Source of the DNA: Eledone cirrhosa
Taxonomy: Eukaryota
Direction of reading: 5' to 3'
Assembly: GCA_964016885.1 (NCBI GenBank)
Contig: OZ024756.1
Span: 29,202,001 to 29,266,000 of the forward strand
DNA length: 64,000 bases
Shown: one piece after another, positions 1 through 12,021 of the stretch
Numbering within the stretch: the stretch's first letter is position 1
Layout of the letters: each line of letters starts with the position of its first letter
Made by a program: the position numbers and the translations under genes
The notes under the pieces: model-generated
The model's database searches: none
Told to the model about the DNA's origin: nothing
The model's input: the letters and a program-made list of their open reading frames with translations, nothing else

Positions 1-2137
1 GTATGTGTATATATATGGAGGGAGTGAGTGTGTGTGTGAGTATGTGTATATATATGGAGGGAGTGAGTGTGTGTGTGAGTATGTGTATATATATGGAGTG
101 AGTGAGTGTGTGTGTGAGTATGTGTATATATATATGGAGGGAGTGAGTGTGTGTGTGAGTATGTGTATATATATGGAGGGAGTGAGTGTGTGTGTGAGTA
201 TGTGTATATATATGGAGTGAGTGAGTGTGTGTGTGAGTATGTGTATATATATGGAGTGAGTGAGTGTGTGTGTGAGTATGTGTATATATATATGGAGGGA
301 GTGAGTGTGTGTGTGAGTATGTGTATATATATGGAGGGAGTGAGTGTGTGTGTGAGTATGTGTATATATATGGAGTGAGTGAGTGTGTGTGTGAGTATGT
401 GTATATATATGGAGGGAGTGAGTGTGTGTGTGAGTATGTGTATATATATGGAGTGAGTGAGTGTGTGTGTGAGTATGTGTATATATATGGAGGGAGTGAG
501 TGTGTGTGTGAGTATGTGTATATATATGGAGTGAGTGAGTGTGTGTGTGAGTATGTGTATATATATGGAGTGAGTGAGTGTGTGTGTGAGTATGTGTATA
601 TATATGGAGTGAGTGAGTGTGTGTGTGTGTGAGTATGTGTATATATATGGAGTGAGTGAGTGTGTGTGTGAGTATGTGTATATATATATGGAGGGAGTGA
701 GTGTGTGTGTGAGTATGTGTATATATATGGAGGGAGTGAGTGTGTGTGTGAGTATGTGTATATATATATGGAGGGAGTGAGTGTGTGTGTGAGTATGTGT
801 ATATATATGGAGGGAGTGAGTGTGTGTGTGAGTATGTGTATATATATATGGAGGGAGTGAGTGTGTGTGTGTGTGAGTATGTATATATATATGGAGGGAG
901 TGAGTGTGTGTGTGAGTATGTGTATATATATGGAGGGAGTGAGTGTGTGTGTGAGTATGTGTATATATATGGAGGGAGTGAGTGTGTGTGTGAGTATGTG
1001 TATATATATGGAGTGAGTGAGTGTGTGTGTGAGTATGTGTATATATATGGAGGGAGTGAGTGTGTGTGTGAGTATGTGTATATATATATGGAGGGAGTGA
1101 GTGTGTGTGTGAGTATGTGTATATATATGGAGGGAGTGAGTGTGTGTGTGAGTATGTGTATATATATATGGAGGGAGTGAGTGTGTGTGTGAGTATGTGT
1201 ATATATATGGAGGGAGTGAGTGTGTGTGTGAGTATGTGTATATATATGGAGTGAGTGAGTGTGTGTGTGAGTATGTGTATATATATGGAGGGAGTGAGTG
1301 TGTGTGTGAGTATGTGTATATATATGGAGTGAGTGAGTGTGTGTGTGAGTATGTGTATATATATGGAGTGAGTGAGTGTGTGTGTGAGTATGTGTATATA
1401 TATATGGAGGGAGTGAGTGTGTGTGTGAGTATGTGTATATATATGGAGTGAGTGAGTGTGTGTGTGAGTATGTGTATATATATGGAGTGAGTGAGTGTGT
1501 GTGTGAGTATGTGTATATATATATGGAGGGAGTGAGTGTGTGTGTGAGTATGTGTATATATATGGAGGGAGTGAGTGTGTGTGTGAGTATGTGTATATAT
1601 ATGGAGGGAGTGAGTGTGTGTGTGAGTATGTGTATATATATGGAGGGAGTGAGTGTGTGTGTGAGTATGTGTATATATATGGAGTGAGTGAGTGTGTGTG
1701 TGAGTATGTGTATATATATGGAGGGAGTGAGTGTGTGTGTGAGTATGTGTATATATATATGGAGGGAGTGAGTGTGTGTGTGAGTATGTATATATATATG
1801 GAGGGAGTGAGTGTGTGTGTGAGTATGTGTATATATATGGAGGGAGTGAGTGTGTGTGTGAGTATGTGTATATATATGGAGTGAGTGAGTGTGTGTGTGA
1901 GTATGTGTATATATATGGAGTGAGTGAGTGTGTGTGTGAGTATGTGTATATATATGGAGGGAGTGAGTGTGTGTGTGAGTATGTGTATATATATGGAGTG
2001 AGTGAGTGTGTGTGTGAGTATGTGTATATATATGGAGGGAGTGAGTGTGTGTGTGAGTATGTGTATATATATGGAGGGAGTGAGTGTGTGTGTGAGTATG
2101 TGTATATATATGGAGTGAGTGAGTGTGTGTGTGAGTA
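1..2137. repeat. Minisatellite, ~39-41 bp unit (GAGTATGTGTATATATATGGAG[G/T]GAGTGAGTGTGTGTGT)
   Basis: Direct tandem repetition. The unit resumes briefly at ~2473-2545 after an insertion. Confidence 0.97.
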
Positions 2138-2468
2138 TTTTTCATTTTACGTCCGCTTTTCCCTGCTTGCAAGGGTGGGATGGGAACTGATGCTAGCTTG
2201 ATTTCTGCAGCTGGATGCCCTTCCTAACACCAACCTCATTTACAGTGAGTGCTGGGTGCTTTTTTGCCGTGTCACCTCCACGACCACTTTGCAGTGGAAT
2301 GATAGGGACCCCAGTCCCTATCATCTCATTTCTACAGCTGAGTAAACTGGAGCAATGTGAAATAAAGTGTCTTGCTCAAGGAAACAACACATCACTCGGT
2401 CTGAGAATTGAACTCACAACCTTTCGATTGCAAGGCCAATGCTCTAACCACTAAGCCATGTGCCTCCA
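2138..2468 (-). mobile_element. Composite SINE: tRNA-derived head with CORE-like box joined to an RTE-LINE 3' UTR tail
   Basis: The minus strand starts with an A box (TGGCTTAGTGG), a B-box-like GAGTTCAATTC and CCTTGAGCAAGACACTT. It continues into sequence matching the LINE 3' UTR at 55800-56040. Confidence 0.75.
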
Positions 2469-2540
2469 TATAGTATGTGTATATATATATGGAGTGAGTG
2501 AGTGTGTGTGTGAGTAAGTGTATATATATGGAGTGAGTGA

Positions 2541-2603
<63 letters not shown>

Positions 2604-2680
2604 GTGTGTGATATATATATATATATATAAAATATATATATATATATATAATGTGTGTGATATATATATATATATATAAA

Positions 2681-2712
<32 letters not shown>

Positions 2713-2898
2713 TATATATATATAATATATATACACACACACACATTCATACATATACTTATACACAAACGCATATATACTATTTATATATACAGATATA
2801 TATGTACACATACATATATATAAATATTTACACACCTATACATATATAGAAAACTCAATAAGTTGATAATACAACACTTTTTATGCATTATATATAAT

Positions 2899-2967
2899 TG
2901 ATCCTGATGATTTCTCTATAAAAGTATTGTGAAGAATATTTTTAGAGAATGAGACATATGTAGATCA
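2899..2967 (+). ncRNA. Minimal type-I hammerhead ribozyme-like motif (GAAA mutated to GAGA)
   Basis: UGAUC-CUGAUGA-U-UUCUCUA..UAGAGAA-U-GAGA-CAUAUG-UA-GAUCA. Stems I, II and III all pair. AATAAA follows at 2975. Confidence 0.65.
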
Positions 2968-2986
2968 TGTTGCCAATAAAAACCTA

Positions 2987-3029
2987 GTCACTGAGGAGGT
3001 TACAGAATGCGTGACGAAAGAGCTTTCAC
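2987..3029 (+). ncRNA. Degenerate minimal hammerhead motif
   Basis: CUGAGGA-G-GUUAC/GUGAC-GAAA-GAGC-UU. Stem I is poor. Similar in style to 14158-14196. Confidence 0.45.
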
Positions 3030-3265
3030 AATATATAAACAACCAACCAACCAGAAACTTATAATAAATCGAAGTGAAAACCAAGAGGTGAGTGTGTTTT
3101 TATTGGCAACATGACCCTCCCAAAGTATAACAATATATATATATATGTGTGTATATATATATGTTTGTGTATATATATATATGTTTGTATATATATATAT
3201 ATATATATAAACATACATAAACGCAAACATACATAAAGACAGACAGACAGAAGAATAAGACTGAC

Positions 3266-3414
3266 CTGTGAACAGTTAGCTGCCTCATCAAATGTAGTGT
3301 TGACCACTGACCAACAACATTGCTCTCTGTTTAACCAGAAAGCATCTAAACAAATACCTTCCTTTAAATCTGACATCCACGTTGTACCAATATCAATGAT
3401 GCCAGCACTCAAAC
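3266..3414 (-). CDS. CLCN3: ClC-3/4/5-family H+/Cl- exchanger, coding exon ([35 protein letters not shown]...CSQ)
   Basis: Closely resembles vertebrate ClC-3 [34 protein letters not shown]. tttcag acceptor, gtcagt donor. The phase-1 start matches the upstream exon. Confidence 0.95.
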
Positions 3415-3479
3415 CTGAAACAAACACAAATAAACCACAAATATTATTATTACTACTAGCAGAGTACCCGGCAAAAATA

Positions 3480-4140
3480 CGTTCTCAGTTCAAATCCCAC
3501 TGAGGTTAACTATGCCTTTCATCTTTGCGGGGTACCAGTAACACACTGGGGTCGATTTGATTGACTTTCCCCTCCCCAAAATTTGTTGGCCTGGTGTCTA
3601 AATCGGAAACCATTATTACTAGCATAGTACCTGGCATAGTGAACCAAAAATGGAGTGTATATTAAATGAAGAAACATGTGTGTGTTTGTGTGTGTGTGTA
3701 TACAATGGATGCATTTTGGTTTCTAGCATTGCTATCCCTTAACCTTTTTCTCATACATGGGTGGCACTAACATGGGTGGCACTGTCAAGACTTAGATTCC
3801 TTTCTGCATATGTTGCAGCGAAAGCCATGCTTCTCGGCATAGAGTTGCGGCCCTTTACGTTCAAATCCAGCCATGGTTAGTTTTGCCTTTCATCCTTACG
3901 GAGTCAATAAAATAAAGCATGAGTAACACAGTGGGGTCGATTTAATCGACTTTCCCTCTCCCCTTCAAATTTATTAGCCTTGTGCCTAAAGTAGAAACAA
4001 TTATCATTATGAAGTCATGTGGCTTAGTGGCTAAGTTATTTGGCTTGTGATCGTAAGGTCTTGAGTTTGATTCCTGGCGGCACATTGTGTCCTTGAGCAT
4101 GGCACAGTATTTCACATTGCTCCAGTTCATTCAGCTGGCA
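3480..4140 (+). mobile_element. Cluster of three tRNA-derived SINE copies (two of the GCCTTTCATCC...GTCGAT family, one CORE-like)
   Basis: GTTCAAATCC B boxes and a shared central GCCTTTCATC motif with ATT tails. At 4015-4140 there is an A/B box plus TGTCCTTGAGCA. Confidence 0.75.
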
Positions 4141-4194
4141 AAAAGTAAATTCTAAGTAGTAACTCAACTGTGCCTTTATTGTCACACATTGTTC

Positions 4195-4400
4195 CTGCGG
4201 AATGCTTTTTCATTAAGCCACAAGCACAATCACCTTACAGGATGGACCGGGTGCTTTTTGTCAAGTTACCAACACAACCACTTTGCAGAGTGGACTGGTT
4301 ACTTTTTGTCATGCCACCAACATGACCACTTTACAGAGTGGATTGGGTGCTTTTTGTTATATCACCAACTTGACCACTTTACAGGGTGAACCTGATGCTT
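4195..4400. repeat. Degenerate ~42-bp tandem repeat derived from the RTE 3' UTR unit
   Basis: Repeated CCACTTTACAGAGTGGACTGGGTGCTTTTT, also present in the LINE 3' UTR. Confidence 0.7.
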
Positions 4401-4496
4401 TTATGAGACGAGTCAACAAGGAAAAATAACATGGGAGAACAATTCAATACAATGAAGATATATATTAGTTTAACACTTGATATAGTAGGAAAAAAG

Positions 4497-4532
4497 TCTT
4501 AACATTTCGGACGCTAGTCCTTCATCAGAAGA
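4497..4532 (-). ncRNA. Minimal type-I hammerhead motif
   Basis: UCUU-CUGAUGA-A-GGAC-uagc-GUCC-GAAA-UG-UU-AAGA. Confidence 0.7.
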
Positions 4533-4749
4533 TAGAATGAAAAAGAAGAGAAGAAAGAGAAAAACAGACAAGAGTAGGAAAAGAAAACTGGAGAATACAC
4601 ACACACCGAGAAAAATATGCCAACATGGCAGTAGACAATAAAATCAATAGACAAATCATTGATATTTTTTATACAAAATAAACAACAAAAAGCCAAAACT
4701 GTCTTTCACAATGTGTCCTTCCCAATTATAAAAAAATAAACATGTAATG

Positions 4750-4950
4750 ACTTGAGGGAAATTAGGCTGCTATTTCTAGCAGGTCTTTTAAAACCTGGCA
4801 CAATATGTTATATATCTCTTCTTTAGTGATGACTTGAGGGAGATTTCGTTGCTATTTCTAACAAGTCTATTAAAAGCTAGCTGAATATGTAATGTCTCTT
4901 CTTTAGTGATAACTTGAGGGATATTTGGCTGCTATTTCTAGTAGGTCCAA
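4750..4950 (-). repeat. Tandem fragments of an interspersed repeat (CTGCTAGAAATAGCAGCCAAAT family)
   Basis: The motif recurs at ~5985-6220, 40760-40970 and 44490-44800. Confidence 0.6.
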
Positions 4951-5053
4951 TTATCAAGTCCCTCTAAGGTGTGTGCCTGTCACATGTAAGGTGGAAACAA
5001 AGAAAAAGGAAAAAAAGAAGAAAGAAAAAAAGCAATAAATCCTAGATGGCATT

Positions 5054-5632
5054 ACCACCACTGCCACTACCACTACATCCACCACAACCTCTTCCTGCAC
5101 CACCACCACCAACAACAATCACTACCAACACCTCCACCACTACCACCACCACCACAACCACCACAACCAACACCAGTCACCACAACCTCCACCACCATCA
5201 CTACCAACACCACAACCACCACCACAACCACAACCACCTCCACCACCACCACCTCCACCATTACCTCCACCACCACCATTACTTCCACCACCTCCACCAG
5301 TCACCACCACCACAACCACCTCTACCAGTCACCACCACCACAGTCACCACCACCTCCACCACCACCACAACCACCTCCACCATTACCTCCACCACCTCCA
5401 CCAGTCACCACCACCACCACCACCACCATAACCACCTCCACCAGTCACCACCACAGTCACCACCACCACAACCACCTCCACCACAGTCACCACCACCACC
5501 ATTACCTCCACCACCACAGTCACCACCACCTCCACCAGTCACCACTACCACCAGTCACCACAGTCACCACAGTCACCACCACAGTCACCACCACCACCAC
5601 CACAGTCACCACCACCACCACCACCACCACCT
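5054..5632. repeat. (CAC)n-based degenerate microsatellite
   Basis: Low-complexity ACC/CAC tract. Confidence 0.9.
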
Positions 5633-6479
5633 CCAACATTAAAGCAATATGTCTTCAGAACGTCACATTGATATATAAATATATTGTGATTGTTTACAGT
5701 GGATCACATGCCTGTAATATAATAATAATAGGGTACAGAATAATAATAATATATTAATGGAAGGTGGGGGGGAGTTGGTGACTGATTGTGGTAGTGGTAG
5801 GGAGGTGATGTGGTGGTGGTGGTGGTGGTGGCGGCGGTGGTAGTATGGACGTGATGCAGCGGTAGTATGGAGGTGATATGGAAGTGATGTGGTGGTGGTG
5901 GTGGTGGCAGTTGATCTTTGTCACTTAAGAGCAACAGAAGAACATGAAACAGCCAGTTTTCCAGCAACTTTATAAAATCAAGGAGCCTATACGTGGTCGC
6001 TCGCTCAGCTAGAAATGGCAGCGAAATCTCATTTAAATAGAACTTTTACTGTCTTTTAAAGAAAAGGAAGAGAAAAATAGCAACAGCAACAACAACAACA
6101 ACAACAACACTGGATACTGAATTCTGAGATAACCATCTTATTTGAAAAGATTAGATGATCATAACTAGAATGCTTTTGATCAAAGGTCTGATTAACCAGG
6201 ATGGTTGACCTGGGGCTAAACAACAACAGCAGCAGCAGTAATGATTCAACACTACAGCTACATAGATAGATACACTGACTGTAATGGACCATAGCTACTT
6301 GTAAACTGTGCTGGGCTATTTATATATTTCCTTGTGTTGGAGTTTATCCAAAAATGAGTTGAAACTATTCCAACTGGTCAATCCACAGCATCATAAATAG
6401 AAGCTGACCACGCCTGGACGATCACAGACGTCCGAAGTAGAGATCACCAATCAGTTGTGATTTCCAACAGTGGACACCA

Positions 6480-6525
<46 letters not shown>

Positions 6526-7779
6526 TATATAATATATACATACACACACACATATATATAATATACACACACACACACATATTATATATACACACACATA
6601 CACATAATATATATACACACACACATATATATACACAGACACACACACATAATATATATATACACACACACATATATATATACATACACACACACATATA
6701 TAATATACACACACACACACATTATATATACACACACACACACATTATATATATACACACACATACACATAATATATATACACACACACATATATATACA
6801 CAGACACACACACATAATATATATATACACACACACACATATATATATATAATATATACACACACAACTGTCTCTGGCCTTCTCTTACTTACAACACAAC
6901 AAACATCAAGATATTGGATTGTAATTAACAAGAGAGATCAATAAACTAAGCAAACCACAAGAAACTACAATGGAGCCTCTATGCGGTCACATGGCTTGCT
7001 TGAAGTAGCAGTCAATTTTTCCTTAAATCACAACAAAAAGCATTTTTAAAAAAATCATTTCCTTCTCTGCTAAAGCGAGGGTTAGCCATGTGGGCAGGCC
7101 CCATGTCTTAAGGTCCTTTCTGAGGGAAAAAAAGGAAGACTAATATACAAACAATGGTAACAATAAGTGTTCTAAGGTCATTTTTCTTACTAAAGACAGA
7201 GGGTTAGCCTTGCAGACCCCATTACAACTTCATACTCATGATGGGGTTCCTTTTGAAACAATGTTTTACAATCAGATGCCATTCTTAGGGCCAACCCTTT
7301 TAGTTGCCTCTTACAACATGCAATGGTACAGTGTATCTATTCTAAACCCAGATACAACAACAACAAAAAGTAATTTAAAATCATTTCCCTCTCTGCTGAA
7401 GCAAGGGTAAGCCATGTAGGCCAGCCCGATGACTTACGGTCCTTTCTGAGGCAATGTGTTAAAGCTGAATATCCTTCTTGCCAGCTCTTTAGAATGCCTA
7501 TCTCTCTTGACACATGGGGATATGGTTGTATCTATTCTAAACCAGGTACACACAGTATAAAGTTAGGAGAGTCACAACTTGAATGCCATTGATCATAGAT
7601 CTGTTCGACCATGTCTATCCTAGGGCTAAACAAAAACAACTAAAATTTAAGCAGACTATTAATTTAACCTCATTGACTGAACATAGTTAATTCTTTTATG
7701 GCTATTTTTCATGAGAAAAAGTCATATAAGATTTAACTCAAAACAAACACCATACAGTCCACAGCAAGTTCTGACTAGG

Positions 7780-8190
7780 ACACAGGTCCAATTATTGTTT
7801 CTACCCACCAGCTAATGCTCTTCATCAATGCTTGATTGTCATATAACACAATTTTTTTTATTTTATGAAAATGTAGGGCCTTACACTTAGTCAAAACACA
7901 TCTTTTTGGTGTCTCACATGTCCAACTAGAATCTTTACAGAGGTTGATTTTAAGAGTTAAATTGTCCATGCCGTCAAAAACACTGATTGACCAAAGCTAC
8001 ATTTTTCTGTAATAATGGTACATCCTTGTTTATTTCTCACCGTTGGACTGTCTACTGTAATAATGTTATACCTAATGGTAAAGTTCCTGTTAATTGCATT
8101 GATTGTCTCGCTTCAGTCTATCGAGGCTCCAATACAGATCCATTATTTCAGGTGAGAATATTTTCTGTCTTCTAGAACACTGCATAAATA
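7780..8190 (-). pseudogene. Highly decayed CR1/L2-like reverse transcriptase fragment
   Basis: Remnant peptides GSVLEP (cf. QGSVLGP) and KCKALHF, interrupted by stops/frameshifts. Confidence 0.4.
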
Positions 8191-8268
8191 ATTATTTCAG
8201 AACTTTCTGTGTTTTCCAGAACACTATATATATATCTAAAAACTTTATGTGCATATATATAAACTTTA

Positions 8269-8322
<54 letters not shown>

Positions 8323-8434
8323 CCTTGACCAGCAAATCTCCAAAATGGCTGACTGAATACGCATGTATGCTTTTTTTCTCCGTTCCTTCCTCTTACTCTC
8401 TATCTTTCTATTTTATCTTTTATTTCTAATTCTA

Positions 8435-8470
8435 TCTTCTGATGAAAGACTTGTGTCCGAAACATTAAGA
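8435..8470 (+). ncRNA. Minimal type-I hammerhead motif (same family as 4497-4532)
   Basis: UCUU-CUGAUGA-A-AGAC-uugu-GUCC-GAAA-CA-UU-AAGA. Confidence 0.65.
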
Positions 8471-8570
8471 CACTTTTCCTATTATTTCAAGCATTAAACT
8501 AATATATTTCTTCAATGTATTGTGTCGTTTGCTTTATTTCCATTTACTCTTTTACTTTGCATATATATAT

Positions 8571-9181
8571 ATGAAATACCAATGAAGGTTGGAAAATCAC
8601 TGATGAAGGACTATTTTTATCATATGTAACCCATGTGCAACCACGCAGTATTCTTTCTTCTCATGTCTTTTATATATATTTTCCCCAGCTGCGTTTGTCT
8701 GTTTCTCTCTTACTGCTTCCCCGCTCTCTCTGTTTCTCTCACCTTCTTTCGCCCCCTCTGTCAGTTACACTTTCTCTCGACTGGCCTCTTCCTCGCACTT
8801 CCACTCACTCACTCTCTGCTTCTCCCCTTCTCACTTCCTCCCGTTTGGCCTGTAGTGGGGTCTTTTCCTGCTCACACCTCACTCGCGTCGGACGGTCTGT
8901 AGTCTCTTGCCCATGAAATCCACACAGCTTAAGCTGATCGGACTCCCATGTGGTTGTTTTTTCCTATCTTTGCGTTGCTATCCTATGTTTGTTTACTTGT
9001 CTCGCTCGCTTTACGCGATTTACTTGTCCCAATAGCTTTATTTAGCTATTGCTTGCACCAACTGGAGGTATATGATTTTTAAAGCGATGAAATACCAATG
9101 AAGGTTGGAAAATCACTGATGAAGAACTATTTTTATCATATGTAACCCATGTGTAACCACGCAGTATTCTTTCTTCTCATG

Positions 9182-9186
<5 letters not shown>
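8571..9186 (+). mobile_element. ~616-bp island with ~100-bp terminal direct repeats (period 516), flanked by (TA)n; Penelope pLTR/retrozyme-like
   Basis: ATGAAATACCAATGAAGG...CTTCTCATG at 8571-8670 and 9087-9186. Both copies contain CTGATGAAG. Confidence 0.6.
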
Positions 9187-9220
<34 letters not shown>

Positions 9221-9226
<6 letters not shown>

Positions 9227-9282
9227 GTCGTCAAGTATGAAATTATTTTGTTTTGTTTTCTACAAATTTCATACTTGACGAC

Positions 9283-9290
<8 letters not shown>
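9221..9290. repeat. Short inverted repeat embedded in (TA)n
   Basis: TATTGGGTCGTCAAGTATGAAATT ... AATTTCATACTTGACGACCCAATA. Confidence 0.85.
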
Positions 9291-9329
<39 letters not shown>

Positions 9330-10890
9330 TTATTGTTTTTACATCCATTTTTCCATGCTTTGTTAAACAATGATGATATAGGGAAAGTGATAGTGATGTA
9401 GCAGTACCTGGTACTCTGGTGTGGTCATCAAAAACTCTAAAAGTAATAATTATCTTACTTGGCAATGTAAACAACAACAACAAAAACAAAAGCAACAGGG
9501 TGACTCCCACATAAATATCTTTCCCTGGGGAAAAGTAGAACAGCATATCAGATATAATATATGAAATATTGGGAGGAGATAGGGCTGTAATTCAGTCATG
9601 AGTTATCAAGTACATAAAACAGTTTTGCCTAAGCTTCTGTTTTTGTTTTGTTTGATTTTTGTTTTGCTTTTGGTTGTGTGACCCAAATGAAACCTGCTAG
9701 ACAAGACCCTTGGCACCAAAGTAGCTATTTGAATAGCTTAAGCATTTCACAACCATAGATTTAATGTAAAATACAGCCAATGACTTGCAGGTCATTTTGA
9801 AAATATTGAAGGGATTTTGTAATCTAAGCATATTTTCTCATTATTTATCTGTTGTTTGGAGCATAATTTAACAAAGGTTCTTGCATAAATTATGATGGAA
9901 AGTTTTCAGATAAATATAAACTATTTAAACCTTTTGTTACCATATTTCTAAAGAAGGATACTGCTTATAGGTTTCAAATAATTTTGAAAATAATCAAGAA
10001 TTAAGTTGACGTTTGGAACATAACTTGAAGCTTCTCTCATAAAATTATGATGGAAGTTTTTCAAGAAAATATAAACTTTTTAAACCTTTTGTTACCATAT
10101 TTCTGGAGAAAGACACTGCCTATCATTTTCAAATAATTTAAAAAACAATTAAGAAGTAGGAATGATTATTATGTTAGTGCATGGAACATAACTTAAAGAT
10201 TCTTACATAAATTTGTGATGGAAGGTTTTTAAATACATATAAACACTTTAAAACAAGCAGTTTTCTATCATAAAACCAGAAACAATTGCAGGCAGTTTGG
10301 TATCTAAATGCTCAAAATCAATTTCGCACACAAGGTTCTGGTCAGCCCGAGGCTTATGGTAAAGACATTAGCTCAAGATGCCAAGCAGTGAGATTGAACA
10401 CTCAACCTCATAATTGTGAAGCAAACTTCTTAGTCACTTAGCCATGCCTGCATCCACAAGCAGCTGTCCATCTTGTATAATGGTGTAAGTTGCTGAGTAT
10501 TCCTTGGACAGTTGTATCTTAAACATAATCCTCAGACAAAACCAGCATGACATAGTGTGTGACATGGCTGGCCCTTTGAATTACAGATACAGTCCATAAA
10601 CACGGAGGGATTTTCAACTAAAAAAAAAAACACCACAAGGTACCTTCTCCGATGCCCTAACAATTCTACTAATACTCCATCCTTGGCCGGAACTATATCT
10701 TTTGATTCAAAGCAAAGTTGACCTCAGTAAGATTTGACCTCAGAGAGCAATCCCAGAGACAAAACTAGTGCATGACCTAGGGATAGATATGTGCAATGGT
10801 GCATCGTTTCATGCACATGACAGCAATGTACAGATAACTGGTCAAAATGATTCTGGAACGATTCAGAATGAGAGCAGGAAACCATGTTAA

Positions 10891-11306
10891 CCCTTTAGCA
10901 TTTACATTACTCTACATATATACTATTGTATTTTTGTGGTAAAGTCTTTATCTTACATAATATCTCACATAATATAGAATCTGAGATTTTGATATTATTT
11001 ATTTTGAGAAAAATACCTTAACATCAGTATGAGTGGCCAGTTATTGCCGATTTGAACAGAAAGAGGTGAGAGAATTCTGGCTGGATACAGCTAATTTAAC
11101 CCTTTAGCATTTAAACTGGCTGTATCCGGCCAGAATTCTCTCACCTCTTTCTGTTCAAATTGGCTATAACTGGCCCCTCATACTTATGTTAAGGTATTAT
11201 CTCAAAATAAATAATATCAAAATCTCATAGATTCGATATTATGTGAGGTAAAGTATTTACTGTGAAAATACAATAGTAAATATAGAGTTTTGTGAATGCT
11301 AAAGGG
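10891..11306. mobile_element. Two piggyBac-like MITE copies in opposite orientation, the second inserted at a TTAA in the first
   Basis: TTAA|CCCTTTAGCATT at 10887 and 11096, and AATGCTAAAGGG|TTAA at 11310. The arms are reverse-complementary. A solo copy lies at 55422-55639. Confidence 0.8.
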
Positions 11307-11802
11307 TTAAAGATAAACATCTTTTTTCTTTTAACCAGGAACTCCTGATGGAGTCATAAGGGCACCATAGTGCCATACAACACTTCTTGGGCATATTAAA
11401 GCTAGGCAGAACCCATCTCCTTTGGTTCTGTAATATAGAGTTGGTTATTTTAAAGTAAGTGTTTATATTTATCTAAAAAAAAACAACAACCTTCCATCAT
11501 AATTCTGAATAAGAACCTTTGTTAAGTTATGTTCCAAACACCAGCTTGATAATAAAAAAAGTTAATTATCATATATTACTCAATCCCTCCAAATTCTAGA
11601 TTATTTTCAAAATTATTTGATAATCAAGCTGCAGCTGTCATATTACATAGTTTCTGTATAACTCTGCAGCGACTATTACATACAGACAGACATACAGACA
11701 ATAGTGAAGCAAGAAAAAAAAAACAGGCAACACAAAAGAAAGCTTATATATTTATCAATGGATTAGAAGGAAATTGTTGAAAAAAAACAAAAAAAAACTC
11801 AC

Positions 11803-12021
11803 CGGCAGCAACCCCAACCAGCAGTACGCAAACCCAGCCTGACCAAGCATCATGGGCACTTTTGATTTTTTCCCACAGTCCATCAGCTTTTCTCTTGATA
11901 ATGTTGCGATGTCGCATGCGATCGCGAGCAATATCACGCAACCAGTCAATGGTGTGAAAATCATCATATTGTCCTATACCTGGTGGCAGCTCATCAAGGG
12001 TGTCCATCAAATTTGTGGACC
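11803..12021 (-). CDS. CLCN3: ClC-3/4/5-family exchanger, coding exon (STNLMDTLDELPPGIGQYDDFHTIDWLRDIARDRMRHR...DAWSGWVCVLLVGVAAG)
   Basis: YDDFHTIDW and DAWSGW are hallmarks of the ClC-3/4/5 N-terminus. Polypyrimidine-ctag acceptor, gtgag donor. 219 nt, phase 1-1. Confidence 0.96.

Noticed and set aside
5-2201. ORFs with CVCEYVYIYGGSE repeats
   Set aside because: Translations of a 39-bp minisatellite, with frames broken by dinucleotide slippage.
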